Source of the DNA: Eledone cirrhosa
Taxonomy: Eukaryota
NCBI GenBank assembly: GCA_964016885.1
Contig: OZ024746.1
Span: 1,674,001-1,738,000, forward strand
Reading direction: 5' to 3'
DNA length: 64,000 bases
Shown: positions 59,872 to 64,000 of the stretch, one piece after another
Position numbering within the stretch: position 1 is the first letter of the stretch
How the letters are laid out: every line of letters starts with the position of its first letter
Program-made: the position numbers and the translations under genes
Notes under the pieces: model-generated
What the model saw: only the letters and a program-made list of their open reading frames with translations
What the model was told of the DNA's origin: nothing
Databases searched by the model: none

Positions 59872-61286
59872 TGAGGGGGTGCTGAAAAGTTCCTGGCTTT
59901 GGGTAAAAGAAAATACAGGAGGATCAGTTAATTATAATTTTATTTAACATATTCTCCTCTCAGATCCACACACTTATTGCAGCAGTCCTACCTCCCCTGT
60001 TAAGGTAACAGCTCTACCCTTTCACAGTCCTACCTCCCCTGTTAAGGTAACAGCTCTACCCTTTCACAGTCCTACCTCCCCTGTTACGGTAACAGCTCTA
60101 CCCCTTCACAGTCCTACCTCCTCTGTTAAGGTAACAGCTCTACCCTTTCACAGTCCTCCCTCTCCTGTAAAGGTGACAGCTCTACCCTTTCACAGTCCTA
60201 CCTTCCCTGTTAAGGTAACAGCTCTACCCTTTCACAGTCCTACCTCCCCTGTAAAGGTGACAGCTCTACCCTTTCACAGTCCTACCTCCCCTGTTAAGGT
60301 AACAGCTCTACCCTTTCACAGTCCTACCTCCCCTGTTACGGTAACAGCTCTACCCCTTCACAGTCCTACCTCCTCTGTTAAGGTAACAGCTCTACCCTTT
60401 CACAGTCCTACCTCCCCTGTAAAGGTGACAGCTCTACCCTTTCACAGTCCTACCTCCCCTGTTAAGGTAACAGCTCTACCCTTTCACAGTCCTACCTCCC
60501 CTGTTAAGGTAACAGCTCTACCCTTTCACAGTCCTCCCTCTCCTGTAAAGGTGACAGCTCTACCCTTTCACAGTTCTACCTCTCCTGTAAAGGTGACAGA
60601 CAGCTCTACCCTTTCACAGTCCTACCTCTCCTGTAAAGGTGACAGCTCTACCCTTTCACAGTCCTACCTCCCCTGTAAAGGTGACAGCTCTACCCTTTCA
60701 CAGTCCTACCTCTCCTGTAAAGGTGACAGCTCTACCCTTTCACAGTCCTACCTCCCCTGTTAAGGTAACAGCTCTACCCTTTCACAGTCCTACCTCCCCT
60801 GTAAAGGTAACAGCTCTACCCTTTCAGTCCTACCTCCCCTGTTAAGGTAACAGCTCTACCCTTTCACAGTCCTACCTCTCCTGTTAAGGTAACAGCTCTA
60901 CCCTTTCACAGTCCTACCTCTCCTGTAAAGGTGACAGCTCTACCCTTTCACAGTCCTACCTCCCCTGTTAAGGTAACAGCTCTACCCTTTCACAGTCCTA
61001 CCTCCCCTGTTAAGGTAACAGCTCTACCCTTTCACAGTCCTACCTCCCCTGTAAAGGTAACAGCTCTACCCTTTCACAGTCCTACCTCCCCTGTAAAGGT
61101 AACAGCTCTACCCTTTCACAGTCCTACCTCCCCTGTTAAGGTAACAACTCTACCCTTTCACAGTCCTACCTCCCCTGTTAAGGTAACAACTCTACCCTTT
61201 CACAGTCCTACCTCCCCTGTTAAGATAACAGCTCTACTCTTTTGAGATAGTCTTAAAGCCAGAAACTTTTCAGTCCCCCCCCCCCG
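59872..61286. mobile_element. Mariner-type MITE expanded by an internal minisatellite
   Basis: TIRs tgagggggtgctgaaaagttcctggcttt / aaagccagaaacttttcagtcccc. Confidence 0.7.
59983..61237. repeat. 42 bp minisatellite, ~30 copies
   Basis: Unit cagtcctacctcccctgttaaggtaacagctctaccctttca. Confidence 0.95.
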
Positions 61287-61324
61287 TGTGTGTGTAGATA
61301 GATAGATAGATAGAAACATACATA

Positions 61325-61553
61325 GAGACCCCTTTTGGTCACAAATGATCATGGGCCTTGCACCTAGAAAGTTCCTTTCCAAGGCACAAAGTCTGAGCAA
61401 GATTTTTTGTGGAAGACCAGCAGTCGCCCATGAATACCAGCCTCCCCTCTCCACACCAATGTTGGCACCGTTGACATGGCAACTCATTTCTACCGCTGAG
61501 TAAAATGGAGTAATGTGAAATAAAGTGTCTTCTCCAATGACACAACACACCAC
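61325..61553 (-). mobile_element. CORE-like SINE, 3' part, running into the 47 bp array
   Basis: ctcatttctaccgctgagtaaa..gtgaaataaagtgtctt matches SINE B at 25348-25410. Confidence 0.75.
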
Positions 61554-64000
61554 TGAGTAATGTGAAATAAAGTGTCTTCTCCAATGACACAACACACCAC
61601 TGAGTAATGTGAAATAAAGTGTCTTCTCCAATGACACAACACACCACTGAGTAATGTGAAATAAAGTGTCTTCTCCAATGACACAACACACCACTGAGTA
61701 ATGTGAAATAAAGTGTCTTCTCCAATGACACAACACACCACTGAGTAATGTGAAATAAAGTGTCTTCTCCAATGACACAACACACCACTGAGTAATGTGA
61801 AATAAAGTGTCTTCTCCAATGACACAACACACCACTGAGTAATGTGAAATAAAGTGTCTTCTCCAATGACACAACACACCACTGAGTAATGTGAAATAAA
61901 GTGTCTTCTCCAATGACATAACACACCACTGAGTAATGTGAAATAAAGTGTCTTCTCCAATGACACAACACACCACTGAGTAATGTGAAATAAAGTGTCT
62001 TCTCCAATGACACAACACACCACTGAGTAATGTGAAATAAAGTGTCTTCTCCAATGACACAACACACCACTGAGTAATGTGAAATAAAGTGTCTTCTCCA
62101 ATGACACAACACACCACTGAGTAATGTGAAATAAAGTGTCTTCTCCAATGACACAACACACCACTGAGTAATGTGAAATAAAGTGTCTTCTCCAATGACA
62201 CAACACACCACTGAGTAATGTGAAATAAAGTGTCTTCTCCAATGACACAACACACCACTGAGTAATGTGAAATAAAGTGTCTTCTCCAATGACATAACAC
62301 ACCACTGAGTAATGTGAAATAAAGTGTCTTCTCCAATGACACAACACACCACTGAGTAATGTGAAATAAAGTGTCTTCTCCAATGACACAACACACCACT
62401 GAGTAATGTGAAATAAAGTGTCTTCTCCAATGACACAACACACCACTGAGTAATGTGAAATAAAGTGTCTTCTCCAATGACACAACACACCACTGAGTAA
62501 TGTGAAATAAAGTGTCTTCTCCAATGACACAACACACCACTGAGTAATGTGAAATAAAGTGTCTTCTCCAATGACACAACACACCACTGAGTAATGTGAA
62601 ATAAAGTGTCTTCTCCAATGACACAACACACCACTGAGTAATGTGAAATAAAGTGTCTTCTCCAATGACACAACACACCACTGAGTAATGTGAAATAAAG
62701 TGTCTTCTCCAATGACACAACACACCACTGAGTAATGTGAAATAAAGTGTCTTCTCCAATGACACAACACACCACTGAGTAATGTGAAATAAAGTGTCTT
62801 CTCCAATGACATAACACACCACTGAGTAATGTGAAATAAAGTGTCTTCTCCAATGACACAACACACCACTGAGTAATGTGAAATAAAGTGTCTTCTCCAA
62901 TGACACAACACACCACTGAGTAATGTGAAATAAAGTGTCTTCTCCAATGACACAACACACCACTGAGTAATGTGAAATAAAGTGTCTTCTCCAATGACAC
63001 AACACACCACTGAGTAATGTGAAATAAAGTGTCTTCTCCAATGACACAACACACCACTGAGTAATGTGAAATAAAGTGTCTTCTCCAATGACATAACACA
63101 CCACTGAGTAATGTGAAATAAAGTGTCTTCTCCAATGACACAACACACCACTGAGTAATGTGAAATAAAGTGTCTTCTCCAATGACACAACACACCACTG
63201 AGTAATGTGAAATAAAGTGTCTTCTCCAATGACATAACACACCACTGAGTAATGTGAAATAAAGTGTCTTCTCCAATGACACAACACACCACTGAGTAAT
63301 GTGAAATAAAGTGTCTTCTCCAATGACACAACACACCACTGAGTAATGTGAAATAAAGTGTCTTCTCCAATGACACAACACACCACTGAGTAATGTGAAA
63401 TAAAGTGTCTTCTCCAATGACATAACACACCACTGAGTAATGTGAAATAAAGTGTCTTCTCCAATGACACAACACACCACTGAGTAATGTGAAATAAAGT
63501 GTCTTCTCCAATGACACAACACACCACTGAGTAATGTGAAATAAAGTGTCTTCTCCAATGACACAACACACCACTGAGTAATGTGAAATAAAGTGTCTTC
63601 TCCAATGACACAACACACCACTGAGTAATGTGAAATAAAGTGTCTTCTCCAATGACATAACACACCACTGAGTAATGTGAAATAAAGTGTCTTCTCCAAT
63701 GACACAACACACCACTGAGTAATGTGAAATAAAGTGTCTTCTCCAATGACACAACACACCACTGAGTAATGTGAAATAAAGTGTCTTCTCCAATGACATA
63801 ACACACCACTGAGTAATGTGAAATAAAGTGTCTTCTCCAATGACACAACACACCACTGAGTAATGTGAAATAAAGTGTCTTCTCCAATGACACAACACAC
63901 CACTGAGTAATGTGAAATAAAGTGTCTTCTCCAATGACATAACACACCACTGAGTAATGTGAAATAAAGTGTCTTCTCCAATGACACAACACACCACTGA
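61508..64000. repeat. 47 bp tandem array, >=53 near-identical copies, continuing past the window end
   Basis: Unit gagtaatgtgaaataaagtgtcttctccaatgacacaacacaccact, with a single C/T variant. Confidence 0.97.

Noticed and set aside
60173-61245. Mucin-like VTALPFHSPTSPVK repeat ORFs
   Set aside because: A 42 bp minisatellite inside a MITE, broken by frameshifts and without splice context.
61200-63997. 835-930 aa ORFs in all three minus frames, and a CRISPR-like look
   Set aside because: A stop-free 47 bp tandem unit with no unique spacers and no cas genes, in eukaryotic context.

Overview
AT-rich, microsatellite-laden animal genomic DNA. The SINE, RTE and Penelope-like content suggests an octopus or other coleoid cephalopod (inference). 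Host genes: an alpha-tubulin (+; exons 8531-8753 and 9637-10760, ATG exon not found), a two-exon CCDC32-like gene (-; 42187-42340 and 36429-36745) and a probable terminal exon of a TPR-repeat gene (-; 58762-58890). The rest is mobile DNA: a head-to-tail cluster of Tx1/L1-clade LINEs each set in (TATC)n, a near full-length RTE LINE plus fragments and non-autonomous derivatives, two tRNA-derived SINE families, mariner-type MITEs, TE-derived minisatellites (29, 41, 42, 47 bp) and a ~22 kb (TA)n field. The most notable signal lies outside the ORF track: about 20 minimal type I hammerhead ribozyme motifs (about 11 with a canonical or U3-A8 compensated core, 5 with U4C, 4 degenerate). They come from several families and mostly lie in palindromic islands inserted in (TA)n. 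One is linked to a Penelope GIY-YIG coding fragment, which points to Penelope-like element (PLE) terminal-repeat remnants. All calls were read by eye; no searches or folding programs were run.
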